Positions 22,329 through 35,724 of a DNA stretch of 64,000 nucleotides are shown piece by piece. This DNA comes from an uncultured Bacteroidales bacterium (lineage in GTDB: Bacteria; Bacteroidota; Bacteroidia; Bacteroidales; VadinHA17): positions 10,307 through 74,306 of the forward strand of contig CAWHSH010000002.1 in the NCBI GenBank assembly GCA_963831935.1. Reading direction: 5' to 3'. The notes beneath the pieces were generated by a model. That model was not told where the DNA came from. It did no database searches and saw only the letters and a program-made list of their open reading frames with translations. Each line of letters starts with the position of its first letter. Position 1 is the first letter of the stretch. The translations under genes were made by a program, and so were the position numbers.

Positions 22329-24110
22329 ATGGAAACAGTAAAGCTCACAATAGATAATAAGCTTGTAGAAGTACCAAAAGGTACTACAATAAATAAAGCA
22401 GCCAGGCAACTTGGCATAGATATTCCTACTCTTTGCTACATGGAGCTTGCATGATATGAACATTGAAAATAAACCTGCCGGATGCCGGATATGTGTGGTG
22501 GAAGTACAGGGACGACGGAATCTTGCTCCGTCCTGCGCTACAAGATGCGAGGAAGGAATGGTTGTAAAAACACATTCCACAAGGGTGCTTAATGCCCGCA
22601 GGACTGTGATGGAATTTATTCTTTCCGATCATCCGAAGGATTGCCTTATATGTGCCAAATCGGGAAATTGCGAGCTTCAGGCAATGGCCCATCATCTGGG
22701 TATCAGGGAAATACCCGGTCAGGAGATTGCAGCAATGTCAACTTACAGAAAAGACACTTCTCCTTCAATTATCAGGGATCTCGATAAATGTATAATGTGC
22801 CGCCGATGCGAAATGATGTGCAATGAAGTTCAGACTGTCGGAGCTTTGTCCGCAATAAACAGAGGATTTATGGCAGCAGTAGCTCCGGCTTTTGAGCAGA
22901 ATCTGGAACATTCCACATGCACTTACTGCGGACAATGTGTTGCTGTGTGCCCTACAGGAGCACTTACAGAAGTTGATCATACGCCTGACGTTCTGCGGGC
23001 TCTTGCTGATCCGACAAAAACAGTCATTGTCCAGACAGCGCCTGCTGTTCGCGCAGCACTTGGAGAAGAATTTGGAATGGCACCAGGAACCCTGGTAACC
23101 GGTAAAATGGTTGTCAGCTTTAAGAGTACTTGGATTTGATTACGTTTTTGATACTGATTTTGCTGCTGACCTTACCATAATGGAAGAAGGCACTGAACTT
23201 CTTGACAGACTGAACCAGGCACCTTAAAGGGGATAAAACTGCAAAGCTTCCGATCCTTACCTCCTGTTGCCCCGGTTGGGTTAACTTCTTTGAAGAATAT
23301 TACCCCGATCTGAAGGATATTCCATCCACTGCCAAATCGCCCCAGCAGATGTTCGGAGCTGTGGCTAAAACATATTTTGCCGAAAAGATCAAGGTCGACA
23401 GGAAGAACCTGGTTGTGGTTTCGATAATGCCGTGCCTGGCAAAGAAATATGAATGCCAGAGGCCGGAATTTTCAACAGATGGAAACAGGGATGTTGATTT
23501 CTCGATCTCAACAAGGGAGTTGGCAGCTTTCATCAAACATGCGAACATTGATATTAAAAATCTTCCGGATGATGATTTTGACTCTCCACTGGGAGAATCA
23601 ACAGGTGCCGGTGTAATTTTCGGAACAACAGGAGGAGTCATTGAGGCAGCCTGCAGGACAGCATATGAGCTGCATACAGGAAAAAAACTTGAAAGGCTCG
23701 ATTTTACGGAACTCAGGGGTCTTGAAGGAGTGCGCTCCGCTACTATTGATTTCAACGGTCTGCCTTTGAAAATAGGTATTGCCCACGGATTGGGAAATGC
23801 AAGAAAGCTTCTTGATGATGTCAGATCGGGAAAATCACAATTCCATGCAATTGAAGTTATGGCTTGCCCGGGCGGCTGTATTGGTGGCGGCGGCCAACCT
23901 TTGCACCATGGCAATTCCGATATTATAAAGGCCAGGGCTGCTGCAATTTATGCTGAAGACAGAAGTAAACCTCTCAGAAAATCGCATGAGAATCCCTTCA
24001 TTGTGAAGATTTATGAGGAATTCCTTGAAAAGCCGAACAGCGAAAAAGCGCATCATCTTCTCCATACAAGCTATTTTGAAAAGAAGAAGAAAGTAATAGT
24101 AAAACAATAA
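22329..24110 (+). CDS. [FeFe]-hydrogenase catalytic subunit (HndD/HydA, group A3-type); frameshifts
   Basis: H-cluster motifs [32 protein letters not shown]; N-terminal 2Fe-2S, HxxxCxxC and 2x4Fe-4S motifs. Confidence 0.95.
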
Positions 24111-24143
24111 TATACCGGTCGGTCAATAATAAAAATCACGATT

Positions 24144-24627
24144 ATGTCAAGTATTAAGATAGAATTGAGACAGGAGGATGTCGCAAAAATCAAAGAGATT
24201 TGCGCTTCTTTCAATAATGATCCACAGGAACTTATAAATGTACTGCATAAAACCCAGGAACATTTCGGTTATCTGCCTGCTGAAGTTCAGGAGGTAATTT
24301 CTGCAGAGCTTAGCTGTTCCTGTTGCAAAGATCTTCGGAGTTGTAACATTTTACTCATTTTTTACAATGACTCCGAAAGGGAAACATCCGATAAGCATCT
24401 GCATGGGAACAGCCTGCTATGTCCGTGGTGCCGAGAAGGTGCTTGATGAATTCAAAAAAGAGCTTGGATTGCAGGTTGGTCAGACCACGAATGATGGGAA
24501 ATTTTCACTTTCAAGCCTGAGGTGTGTAGGAGCATGCGGACTTGCTCCTGTGGTTCTTGTTGGAGATAAAACCTACGGCCGTGTTGCTCCGGATGATGTA
24601 AAGAATATCCTTAAAGAATACGAATAG
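24144..24627 (+). CDS. [FeFe]-hydrogenase 2Fe-2S subunit (HndA/HydC, NuoE-like); frameshift near 24312
   Basis: HFGYLP, ICMGTACYVRGA, RCVGACGLAPV. Confidence 0.9.
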
Positions 24628-24660
24628 TATTTTTCAATGATTGGTTTAAAGTTTTGAAGC

Positions 24661-24691
24661 AAGCCGGAACTTATAAGTTCCGGCTTTTTTT
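24661..24691 (+). terminator. Rho-independent terminator of the hydrogenase operon
   Basis: Perfect palindrome aagccggaacttataagttccggctt followed by a T run. Confidence 0.8.
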
Positions 24692-26451
24692 ATACCAGAA
24701 AAATTGACTTTTTTGCTTTCGTTTTTCTTCAATATCCTCTCGCAACATATACCTTCTTCCCCGTATAGGGATCAAATCCGGTATAGTACATTGTTGTTGA
24801 AAGGGTCATAGGTGTCGGCGTAAAATCCTGAACCTGTTCCGGCCGTATTCCCAGGCTCTTCACTTCTGATCGCCAGTGAAGTCATATTCTCTTCAGTGGA
24901 ACCGGGTGTGAAGAAATAAAATATGGCACTATTCCGTACTTCAGACCTTCTTTTTCGGTTATCATTTCAAACTGCCGTTTTAGCTTCCTGAAAAGATCAA
25001 AAGGGACTTTTCTCATAAGATTCAGCACCATACGGCGAGGTATGCTCTGGTGCAACTTTCATCCTTCCCGAAACATGGTTTGTGACAAGTTCTTCAAGAT
25101 ATTCAATCTCAGCTGCTCCTGCACTTTTGTTCCATTCCGGGAACAAAAGGTCATATCTTATGCCGCTACCGACAAATGCTTTCTTTAATTCCCGGCATCC
25201 GGTTGACTTTCCGGTAGAGGGAAGTCAGGACTTTATGATCTGTATCAAGATTTTTGCAGACTTGCGGCCATATACAGGAAGGCCGGGAACATTTAAGACA
25301 CTGATCATAATCTTTGCCCTTCATACCGTACATATTTGCTGAAGGACCTCCCAGGTCGGAAAGATATCCCCTGAAATCCCGGCATATTAATTATCCTTTC
25401 AATTTCCGTAATTATTGATCTTTCCGATCTTCGGACGATCTGTTTGCCCTGGTGAGCTGCAATTGCACAGAAACTGCAACCTCCAAAACAACCCCGGTGA
25501 ATGTTCACTGAGAATTTTATCATCTCATAGGCCGGGATAGCTCCTTTTTTTATGTACCTGGGATGAGGGAGGTAGGTATATGGCAGATCATAGGAACCGT
25601 CAGCTTCATGCTTCTGACATTGGGGGAAAAGGTGGATTGATGATTACAGCTTTATTACCTGAATGCTCGATGAGCCGTGAAGATCCCATTTTGTTTGATT
25701 CCCTCTCGAAGTTTACAAAATTTGATGCAAAATTCTTTTTATCCGCAAGGCATCTTTCATAGGAATTGAGTGTAAGGTCATCCCAGTTTCTTGTTTAGAG
25801 GAATGGGAGACTTATCCATCAATTACCACAGCCGTCTGGGGAATTGTCTTCAGAGAAGCAAATGGGATTCCCTTTGAGAGTAAATGCATTAGCTCCCTTA
25901 CAGGTTGCTCTCCCATTCCGTAAATGAGCATATCAGCACCGCTGCGTTAATAATATTGAAGGTTCAAGCTTGTCTTTCCAGTAATCATAATGAGTCAGCC
26001 TTCGCATTGATGCTTCAATGCCACCAATTACCACCGGGACATCGGGGAATAGTTCTTTCAGGATTTTAGTGTAAACTATTGTCGGATAATCGGGCCTGAA
26101 ACCTGCTTTACCTCCCGGTGTATAGGCATCATCTGATCTCAGTCGTCTTTGCAGCGGTATAATGATTTACCATCGAATCCATATTACCAGCAGTCACACC
26201 AAAGAAATATTTTGGTTTTCCGAGCTTACGGAAATCCCTCAGATCATCCTTCCAGTTCGGCTGGGGAACAATTGCTACCCTGAATCCCTCCGCCTCAATA
26301 ATCCTTCCGATCACCGCAGGTCCAAACGAAGGATGATCAACATAAGCATCACCGCTGAAAATAATGACATCAGGCTGCTCCCAGTCGAGAGCTTCAACTT
26401 CTTTCTGGTAGTTGGAAGAAATTTAATATCCGAATTTGATATTTTTTTCAC
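24671..26451 (-). CDS. YgiQ (UPF0313) family radical SAM protein; heavily frameshifted
   Basis: [42 protein letters not shown] (CxxxCxxC) and [11 protein letters not shown] recovered across frames. Confidence 0.85.
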
Positions 26452-26527
26452 ACGGCAAAATTACTCAAATTTAGTATCTTGCTAAGCAATGTGCTAAAGT
26501 TCGAAAGTTTTAAAATTCAGTCAGGTC

Positions 26528-28843
26528 ATGACTACAGCAATCCATTGTAGTACAATTACTTTCACAATCAAGACAGTAAAAATCATTTTTAGCTGTCCTG
26601 TCTGTTTATTCAGCCTGGCACCTTAGTTTTCCCGCAGCAGGAAACTGTCCGTCCCAAAGTAGGACTTGCTTTAAGCGGCGGCGGATCCCTTGGGATTGCA
26701 CATCTCGGAGTGCTTAAAGGTAATGGAGGAAGCCGGACTAAGACCTGATTATATTACAGGTGTAAGCATGGGCAGCATAATCGGCGGAATGTATTCTATC
26801 GGATACAGTTCTGACAGCATTCTGAATATTTTGAAAAGCATGGACTGGGATATTAATCTTTTCAGCAGCGAACATTCCTGAGAATAAAGTGATATTTCCT
26901 TGAAAAGGAACACTTTAACAACAGTATTATTGCTTACCCGGTCACTTCGAAGAAAGTTTAAAATACCATCAGGTCTTATAAACGGACAGCAGATTGAAAA
27001 CCAGTTGAGTTATTATGCCTGGCCTGCTGCCGGGATAAATGATTTTTCAAAGCTTCCGATCCCTTTTATGTGCATTGGTGCGGATATTTTAACCGGTAAA
27101 ATTGTTCATCTGAAAACAGGATATCTGCCTCAGGCTATCAGGGCAAGTATCGCTGTCCCCACGATTTTCACACCTGTTAAGATCGATACTGCCCTTCTTA
27201 CAGATGGTGGAGTTCTGAGGAACTATGCAGCGGAGGAACTCCGGAATATGGGAGCCGATATAGTTATCGGATCGTATACAGGCTTCCAGATTTATACCGA
27301 AGAGGAATTGCAATCCATGCCGGGAATAATCAAACAAATTGCTTTTTTAAGCAGCGTTCAAGGATTTTGAATCACAGAAAAAATTCACTGATATTCTTAT
27401 TGAACCAAGAGTTGAAGGGATTATCTTCCGCAGTGTTTTCAAATATCGATACGATCTATGCAAGAGGTTATAAAGCTGCATTACCTTATAAGGATTATTT
27501 CAAAAGACTCGCTGATTCACTAAACAGAATTGGCCTGCAGAAGACCACTTGAAAATATTCTCGACAGGCAAGTTTTGTTCCATTGACAAAATTGAAATAA
27601 ATGGCAATAAGATATACTTCTCATCTCAGATACTTGGGATTCTGGATATTAAACCCGGTGACAAAATAGGCAAGAAACTACCTGACTGAAAAAATCGACC
27701 TCCTTTATGGCAAAAGATGGTTCGAAAAAATAAAGTACAGGATACTATCCAGGAATGATTCGCTTGTACTTTTTATTGATTGCAGGGAAAATCCTAAAGT
27801 AATGCTTTTCGGAGGAGTTTATTACGATAACTATATCAGATCCGGAATCACCGTTCAGGACGACTTTTAAAGATCTCTGTTCAGGAATTCATTTATTGAT
27901 TTTGACTTCTTTTATTGGACAGTTCTACAGGCAAAACTGTCAATGCTGCAATTTATTGACCGAATCAGAAATTCGGAATTTCAGGAGATTTTTTCTTTGA
28001 TAATACCCTTCTGCCCTTCCTTGAGATCATGAATGAGTCAGGCTCATGTTCTACCGGAATAGTTACTGCAGGAGTTACATTAACAAGTATCTTGGACTAA
28101 ACCAATTGATGAATATTTCTGTAGTTGCAGAGACCAGTGTCTTTTGAGCCTGATTTTATATCCGAAAGACAATCTGAAAAGAGAAACATATCAATTCCTT
28201 GTTCAGTCGGGTTTAATTACCTGATAAACACCCTCGACACAAAAAATTTTCCGAATAAAGGGACACTCTTCCGTTTATCTGCCCTGACTTCGAAGTTGCA
28301 TACCGGGGATAATTCGTAACTGAATCAGCTTAAAGACCATTTATAAAGAAAGTAATCCCGGAGGTTTTTCATTTGACCGTACCTACACATTTCATGGGAA
28401 TTTCAAAAATTATTTCCCGGCAGGCAGAACATTGACACTCTCCCTGAAAGGGGATTTGCTTTATACAATTATTCCAGATTCAGACAGCTCCTTGCAGAAT
28501 TTTTATTATCTCGGCGGACTTGAAGCAATTACCCGAAAGATCTGTTCCTGTGGTACGGTTTCCTTGCAAATGAAATCCCCGTGAATAAATTTGCAGGTGC
28601 GGGAATGGATCTGGACATCGAGATCTTCAATAAGGTCCACCTGAATCTGATGACAAGCATTTTTGCTGCAAAGGAGGTCACTGAAAAGGATACAATTCTC
28701 ACTTACTTGGCGGATACGGGATCGGACTGGGATATATGTCAATTATCGGTCCTTTGAAGGTTGGTTTAATGCATGGACAAAGCAGCACTGAACGGCATTT
28801 CACGGTAGTGAAAGGTTTTATCAGTATAGGATATAATTTCTAA
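26528..28843 (+). CDS. Patatin-like phospholipase with POTRA and C-terminal Omp85-type beta-barrel (PlpD-like); heavily frameshifted
   Basis: KVGLALSGGG, GVSMG nucleophile, TDGG, LDTKNFPNKG, YYLGG, C-terminal ISIGYNF*. Confidence 0.75.
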
Positions 28844-28978
28844 TGATCATGGAGTGCTAAAACTAAAGCGAAAAAATGTCATATTCAATATTTTGATTAT
28901 ATGATATTTGATCGATTATATATTTCGGCCTGATTGTTGCAGTCAGGGAATTTAGATATAGGATTTCATTTGAAGTGT

Positions 28979-31215
28979 ATGGATTCGCAATAAGGTAATA
29001 CAGCAGCATAAATTGCTTTGCAGACTGGTTTCAGAAAAGAGAATTAAGCAAAGTCTTGATATTCTGCAAGATATGATTTCCGTATCATCACTTGGCGATC
29101 TTCGTGATGAGTATAATAATATAGTGATGACCTACAGGAATATGCTGAGTTACACCATTGAAGGCATTAATGATCCGGAACGCGCAAAGATATATCTGAA
29201 GCTTATTCAGTCAATTCTCGGGCTTGCCGACAGGTTAAGACAGGACATATTGTCACATTATTCCGGATGGCACACTTACTGGATCAAACAGCAGGCTGAA
29301 AAAGAGCAGAAGCTCACCGGTAAAACACTGATAGAGACAGTTGATGATCTAATGTTTAAATCAGAGCTTGATGAATGGCTTAAGCTCAGCAACGAAATTA
29401 ATCCTGATCCTGAATCGGAAATCTTACGTTAAGCATAAACATCTGATCAAGAATATCTTCAATCATTTATGGCTTACCGACTATTACGGTGAAGCTGAGA
29501 ACAGCCTGATCAAGATAATTATGAGCTCCGGAAAATTCAGGTGGTATGAATCAAGTCTTTTTGTAAGTGCCATAACACTGAGTGCCCTGAGAACATTTCA
29601 GACTGAAAAGCTGTTATATCTGGTCGATTTTTATGAAGCCGGACAGGAACAGGTAATGGAGAGGGCACTGTCAGGACTTATTCTTAACCTTCACTATTAT
29701 AACGGCAGGATCCTGCTTTACCCTGAGATCACTTCAAGAATCAACAAGTCTGGGCAAAGATCCAGAGTTCAGGGAATATTGCAGGATTATCGTACTCCAG
29801 ACTATCCGATCGCGTGAGACAGAAAACCTGAGCAGAAAGCTTCACGATGAAATTCTGCCGAAAGTTGCAAAACTGAGACCAAGAATTGAAGAGAAACTGG
29901 ATCTTGACAATATTCTTCCAAAGGACAAATATGAGGACAAGAATCCCGACTGGTCAGAGATGTTCAGCGATTCGGAAGAGATATTCAAGACAATGGAAGA
30001 GCTCACAAAGCTGCAGATGGAAGGGGCAGATGTTTATATGTCAGCCTTTGCAAACCTGAAGCATTTTGATTTCTTTAAAGACTTCCAGAACTGGTTTGTA
30101 CCTTTCTACCCTGATCATGAAGTTGTCAATGAAATATTCCACGATGAGATTCTCGGACCAGGGACCAATGAGCTGGCTGAAGCACTATATAAGACTCCAT
30201 TTATCTGCAATTCGGACAAGTATTCCCTTATCCTTAATCTTAAATATCTGCCTTCATCACAGAAGACCATGATGCTTAAGGTTTTCCGTATGGAGCTTGA
30301 CGGGCTTCAGCAGCTTGAGGAGGAGGAAACAGCCGCCGATCCCTACAGGAAATTCCGTACAAATGTAACACAGTACCTGCAGGATATTTACAGATTCTTT
30401 AAACTCTCACCATACAGGAAGGAATTTGAAGACCTGTTTTCAGGGAAACTTGATATTTACAATTCTGAATTCTTCAAACTGACAGGCAATGTTTCGGAGG
30501 CAGAAGCAGGCCTTGCTGATTATTTTTTCAGTAAAAATTACTATACTGATGCCCTTGAGCTGTTTACAAAGCAGGCTAAAGACAGACCGGATGAAATTGA
30601 GCTGTATGAAAAGATTGCATTTTGCTATCAGCAGGAAGAAAATTATGAAGAGGCACTCAGGTTTTATCAGCGGGCTGAATTAATTGAAAGGAAAGTCTGG
30701 ACACTTAAAAAAATCGGTTTATGTCTACCGCCGGTTAGGTAAAAGAGAGGAAGCGCTGGATTATTACCTGCAGGCAGGGGCTATTGACCCTGATGACATG
30801 CACACAGCAATAATGACCGGCCATTGTTATCTCGACCTTGGCAATTATGAAGACAGCGCTTAAATACTATTTCAGGGTTGAATACAACGATCCTGGTAAC
30901 ATTAAGATCCTAAGGCCTATTGCTTTTTGTTATTTTGCCCTTGGCAGGTTTGATGAATCTGAAAAGTACTATGAACGGCTCTCTTCAGGAAAGCTAAATG
31001 CACATGATTACATAAACAAAGGTCATCTTGCCCTGTGCAGGGGGAAGAAAAAGGAAGCAGTCGACCTTTACCGGCTGAGCATTAACAGCGGTGGGATTTC
31101 GAAAGAAGAGTTTATTGCAATTTTCGACGAGGACAAAACTCTTTTGCTCTCGCTGGGTGTAAGTAAGGATGATCTTCCGATCCTTCTCGATTACCTGTTA
31201 TTTTCGGTTGGGTAA
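28979..31215 (+). CDS. Conserved Bacteroidales tetratricopeptide-repeat protein; frameshifts
   Basis: EGADVYMSAF..NWFVPF..ICNSDKYS..DIYRFFKL core and C-terminal TPR-like repeats across ORFs 29013, 29368, 29960 and 30838. Confidence 0.75.
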
Positions 31216-31735
31216 CATTGTCGTGTCGTGATCGGGCATTGGAGGAGGAGGAGGTCCATCCGTGGAAGGCTGACCTCCGGGCTCAAAGGGACGAGTGTGG
31301 CCAGGATAACGGTCCTGACGCTGCCGCCTGAAATTTCCGAAATCTGTTGTATCATTCTTATGTCTTTCCCTCTCCTGCCTCATCATTTCCTGACGGCGTT
31401 CATCCATGTCTTTTAAACGAGCCAAGCTGCTCTTTGGTCAGCTGTGAATCAAGTTCTTTTCTCAAGGCCTTGACGTTTGAATCCAGTTCCTTTCTGAAAT
31501 CGTCTTGAGTTTCACTGTTTATCTTGGCATACTTGTCAAGGATCTGATCAATTTTTACTTTCTGCTTTTCATCGGGCTGAATGGTTTTGTAGAATCCTTC
31601 CCTGAAACGTTCTTCAGAAAAATAGACCCTGACAGGCTTTAGCTTATGATAGCGAAGCTGGGCAGATGTGAGCATGCCCAGAACAAATCCTACAATCAGA
31701 GTAATAATACCAAGTAATATCGTTCTTGTCTTCAT
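31198..31735 (-). CDS. Membrane-anchored periplasmic helical protein (Spy/CpxP-like) with Pro-rich tail; frameshift near 31425
   Basis: N-terminal TM, QKVKIDQIL..LTKEQLARL, PPPPP tail; third gene of an ECF operon. Confidence 0.6.
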
Positions 31736-31742
31736 AAAAATA

Positions 31743-32096
31743 TCAATTTCCGGTTAAGAGACATATAATGCTTTCATCGTAACTATCACCAAGTCCGAGA
31801 AATGAATTTAAGGAGATGGATCCCTGCATCAGGAAAATGGAGATGAGCAACAATACAATAGCTGCTACTCCGGTAAGTGCTATGCGGTAAAAAACATGAT
31901 TAAGGTTTCTGACAAATTCGACCTCACGAATTACAGCGTTTCCGGTAAAGAATATTTTATCCAGGACTCTGTCGCGGAATCCGTCCCTGAAATTGAATGT
32001 CACTCCCGCTTCCTCTATTTTTCTGGAGGCTTCCTGCGGATCACTTTCTTCATCAAGCGATTTTATTAACAATTCTTTGAGATCTGAGACTTTCAT
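31743..32096 (-). CDS. Small single-TM putative anti-sigma factor
   Basis: Own ATG (MKVSDLKELL) 5 nt after the reconstructed sigma stop; GFRDRVLDKI then TM IALTGVAAIVLLLISIF. Confidence 0.7.
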   Translation of the reverse strand: MKVSDLKELLIKSLDEESDPQEASRKIEEAGVTFNFRDGFRDRVLDKIFFTGNAVIREVEFVRNLNHVFYRIALTGVAAIVLLLISIFLMQGSISLNSFLGLGDSYDESIICLLTGN

Positions 32097-32101
32097 GACA
32101 A

Positions 32102-32663
32102 TTATAATTTTCCCAAAATTTTTTTCAATTGTTCCTGTGCCCGTGGACAATCTTGACAGGACTGTTCCCAGGGGCAGATTAAGTATTTCCGCAGTTTCTT
32201 TTGTGGAATAACCCTGTAACATTCTCATCGTCACTATTATACGAAACTTGGGATCCATACTCTTCAACGCTTTGCTGATTACTTCCGAAGCATCTTTTTT
32301 TTCTTCATTATCCTGATCCGCAACGTCAAACTCATACATTTCACTGTTTCCCTTCTGCGAGAACATTGAAAAGAACCTTTTTCTTCTTTTTATTTCATTC
32401 AGGGTAAGGTTTACTGCAATTTTCTGAATATAAGTTGAAAGCTTCGCCTCGCCCCTGAATTCGGAAAGTGAATAGTACAGTTTTATAAATACCTCCTGTC
32501 CAATATCTTCCGAAAAAACCGAATCGCCAAGCATACTTTTGACCGTTCGTGCAACCATCTTCTGATATCGTTCCACAATTTCTCCGAAGGCTTGTTTGTC
32601 ACCATCCAGAGAGGACTTCACCAGTTCTTTATCATCCTTTTGCCTGTACGATTCTTTAATCAT
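32102..32663 (-). CDS. ECF sigma-70 factor; +1 indel near 32144
   Basis: AFGEIVERY..EDIGQEVFIK..LSTYIQKIAVN; YSTKETAEILNLPLGTVLSRL; corrected end SRAQEQLKKILGKL*. Confidence 0.88.
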
Positions 32664-32671
32664 ACTCCTTA

Positions 32672-32699
32672 TAGACAACTTACAGCGGTTTAATATTCC
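32672..32699 (-). promoter_or_regulatory. Candidate autoregulatory ECF promoter GGAAT-N18-GTCT
   Basis: Minus strand ggaatattaaaccgctgtaagttgtcta directly before aaggagt-ATG of the sigma gene. Confidence 0.5.
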
Positions 32700-32761
32700 C
32701 TTTTGTTAATTTTCATTAACAATTGACTATTTCTGCAGGTTTTTATCATATTTCAGGTTAA

Positions 32762-34748
32762 TTATTTCAGGAGCGAAATGTTGGTTTCACCAACCAGTTC
32801 CAAATCGTAATTATTTGTGTATCTGATCAGGAACAACTTTTCATTTTCAAATCCGTCATTGACGGATTTACGCCTGAAATCAAAATCTGTATGCAGCAGT
32901 TCCGGACTATGAATTTCGGGATGAGCAATGAATTCCTTTCCATGCATTGCAATGCCCGACAAGAAATAATAGACAATATCATATCCCTGCCATGCATAAC
33001 TTATTTCAGAAGGTTCCGTATAGAATTTTTTCCTGAAATCGGAATTAAACTGCCGTACATCCGGTCGTGAATAATCTATCCAGTAAGGAGAATAAATCAT
33101 GAGACCAAGATCGAAACATATTTTATGATCAAGATTGTCAAGGTATCTCATGCTGGGATATCCAAAAACATTCACATCATATTTTCGGGAAAGGGCATGG
33201 ACATTTGTAAGCGATTCACTCATAACCGGTCCGTCTTCTGAAGCAATAATAATGACATTCGGAGAACGTTCGGAGAGGGCGTGAGACAGACGGTTTATGG
33301 AATCATTCCCGAATACTGACCTGCTGTAGAAAATAAAATCTTTCAGTTTAATTTCTTCAAAAGGTATTTTTAAGCTCAGTTCATTCAAAATCATACTTTT
33401 AAATCTGCTGTAATCCTGATCCTCACCATCTGAATCAGAATGGATCAAAACCAGGTTGCTGTCATAATACTCTCCGATTTTTCTGGCAATAGCATTCTGA
33501 GCCACTTCAAGCGATGAGCTTGCCATGAAAAGCATCGGATTATTTATGAGAGCTGAATTATTGTTCAATTGTACAGGCGACACTACTGGAATTCCGATAC
33601 TTCCGGCATAAGCAGCGACTATTGCCAGATTCCCTGAAAAGACAGGTCCGATAATAAGGTCCATATTTGCCAGTCTGCCCGAATTGATGAGCCTTGTCAC
33701 TTCAATTGTATCACTTTTAATGTCAAACACCTGAATATCAATATTGAGTCCCAGTGATCTCAATGTATCTGCTGCCAGTAACATTCCCTCGTACATTTCA
33801 ACAAATCCAAGGCTGCGGGGATATATCCAGTCATCTGTCCGGCTGATCGTTTTATAAATTTTCTTCCCTTTCGCCGATTTTGAAGAATCAACTTCGGCCC
33901 GTTTCATATTTTCATCGAGGTAGAAAGGAAGGAGCACCGCAACCTTAAATGATCCTTCAAGATTTCTGACCTGAGTATATTCCGGGGGACGTTCAAGATA
34001 AACAACCTGCCCTTCCGGAATAACGGGAACCGTGTCAGGAGAAATCGCCTCAACAGGTTTGCTTTCAGGGACTTTCATTCCTGGTATCCTTAAATAATCT
34101 CCAACCTGCGGAAACCTGGTATCCCTGTTTGCCCTTCGTAATTCCCTCACTGTCAGTCCATAGTGCCGGGCTATAGAAGACATAGTCTCACCTTTAACTA
34201 CTTTATGGTAATAAGCCCGGGTATCAATTTGTGAGAAATTCTGTTTCGAATTCATGAACTCTTTTCTCGGTATCACAATTTCGTAACCAAGGGGAAGCTT
34301 ATTTATATCAATCCCGGGATTGTTCTGAATAATATCATTTTCAGATACACTGTAAGTCCGTGAAAGAAAATAAATTGTCTCTCCCGGCTGAAGGCGGTGG
34401 TAAATGTATTTATTTTCATCCCGGGTGGCTCCCGGCTGCGGAGACACCTGATATGAAGCTGCGGTATTGACAAGTAGCTACAGGGATCCTCAGATTCTGT
34501 CCTTCTTTAAGTCCGCTGAGGGCGTAGGGGTTCTCCTTTGAAAGCTGTTCAACCGTAATACCATAGGCTTTGGATATGGAATATACCGTCTCCCCTTTTC
34601 TTACTTCATGTAAATAATAGGAGATCCCGGAAATTATGACTTTATTCTTTGATCTCTCAACAACGACCTGTGGCCAGACCTGGAGGCTGACAGTCACAAG
34701 TATCAATACTGTGACTAATGATTTTAATTTTAGTACCCGATTAATCAT
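32762..34748 (-). CDS. Multi-LysM protein with C-terminal periplasmic-binding-protein type 1 domain; frameshift near 34450
   Basis: Three LysM motifs ([48 protein letters not shown]); VAVLLPF..LIIGPV..GYD. Confidence 0.85.
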
Positions 34749-35707
34749 CTTGATTTAAGTGTTTTCAGGAATTCCAGGCAATTCTTTTCAATTCTTTTCT
34801 CAACATTTCTTATATCAGCCCTGATAAATTTTTCTCCCGTAATTTTCTCATAAAGCTCAATATATCTTTCAGAAATCTGGTTTACAAATTCATCTGACAT
34901 AAATGGCACTTTTTGTCCCGTCTGGCCCTGAAAGCCGTTCTCCATCAGCCATTCCCTTACGAATTCTTTTGACAGCTGTTTTTGAGGGATACCTTTATCA
35001 AATCGTTCCTGGTATTCATCAGCATAAAAATAACGGGAGGAGTCAGGTGTTACAATTTCATCGATAAGCATGACTTTGCCATCCTTATTCCCGAATTCAT
35101 ACTTCGTATCTACAAGAATCAGACCATGCTGTGCGGCGATTTCCGAACCTTTCAGAAACACCTCCATCGCATATTTTTCGATTAGATCATATTCATTTTC
35201 GGGTACAAGTCCTCTTTTTATGATCTCTGATCGGTGAAATATCTTCATCATGCATCCCTTGTTCTGCTTTTGTGGTTGGAGTAATTATCGGAACCTCAAA
35301 TCGTTGATGTTCTTTCATACCATCAGGTACAGGAACTACCGCAGATTTCCCTGGCCCCTGCTTTATATGATCTCCAGGAACTCCCTGTCAAGATAAGCTC
35401 TTACAATCATCTCGACCGGATATGGCTTGCAGATATGGCCAATTGTTACATTTGGATCAGGAGTTGCAATCTTCCAGTTCGGGACAATATCGCTGGTAAT
35501 GTCAAGAAATTTGGAAGCTATCTGGTTAAGTACCTGTCCTTTGTAAGGAATTCCTTTCGGGAGCACAACGTCGAAGGCTGATATTCTGTCTGACACTACC
35601 ATCAGAAGGTACTTGTCATCAATATTATATACGTCCCTTACTTTCCCTTTGTAGATGCTCTTTTGTCCCGGGAAGTTGAAGTCTGAGGTCAGAATCGTCT
35701 TTGCCAT
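34745..35707 (-). CDS. purC: Phosphoribosylaminoimidazolesuccinocarboxamide (SAICAR) synthase; frameshifts
   Basis: [44 protein letters not shown]. Confidence 0.93.
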
Positions 35708-35724
35708 AGAATTCTATATTTTCA

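Noticed and set aside
31743-32678. Apparent 311-aa sigma/anti-sigma fusion in the ORF track
   Set aside because: Removing one base near 32144 restores SRAQEQLKKILGKL* and a separate ATG at 32096; the fusion is most likely an indel artefact
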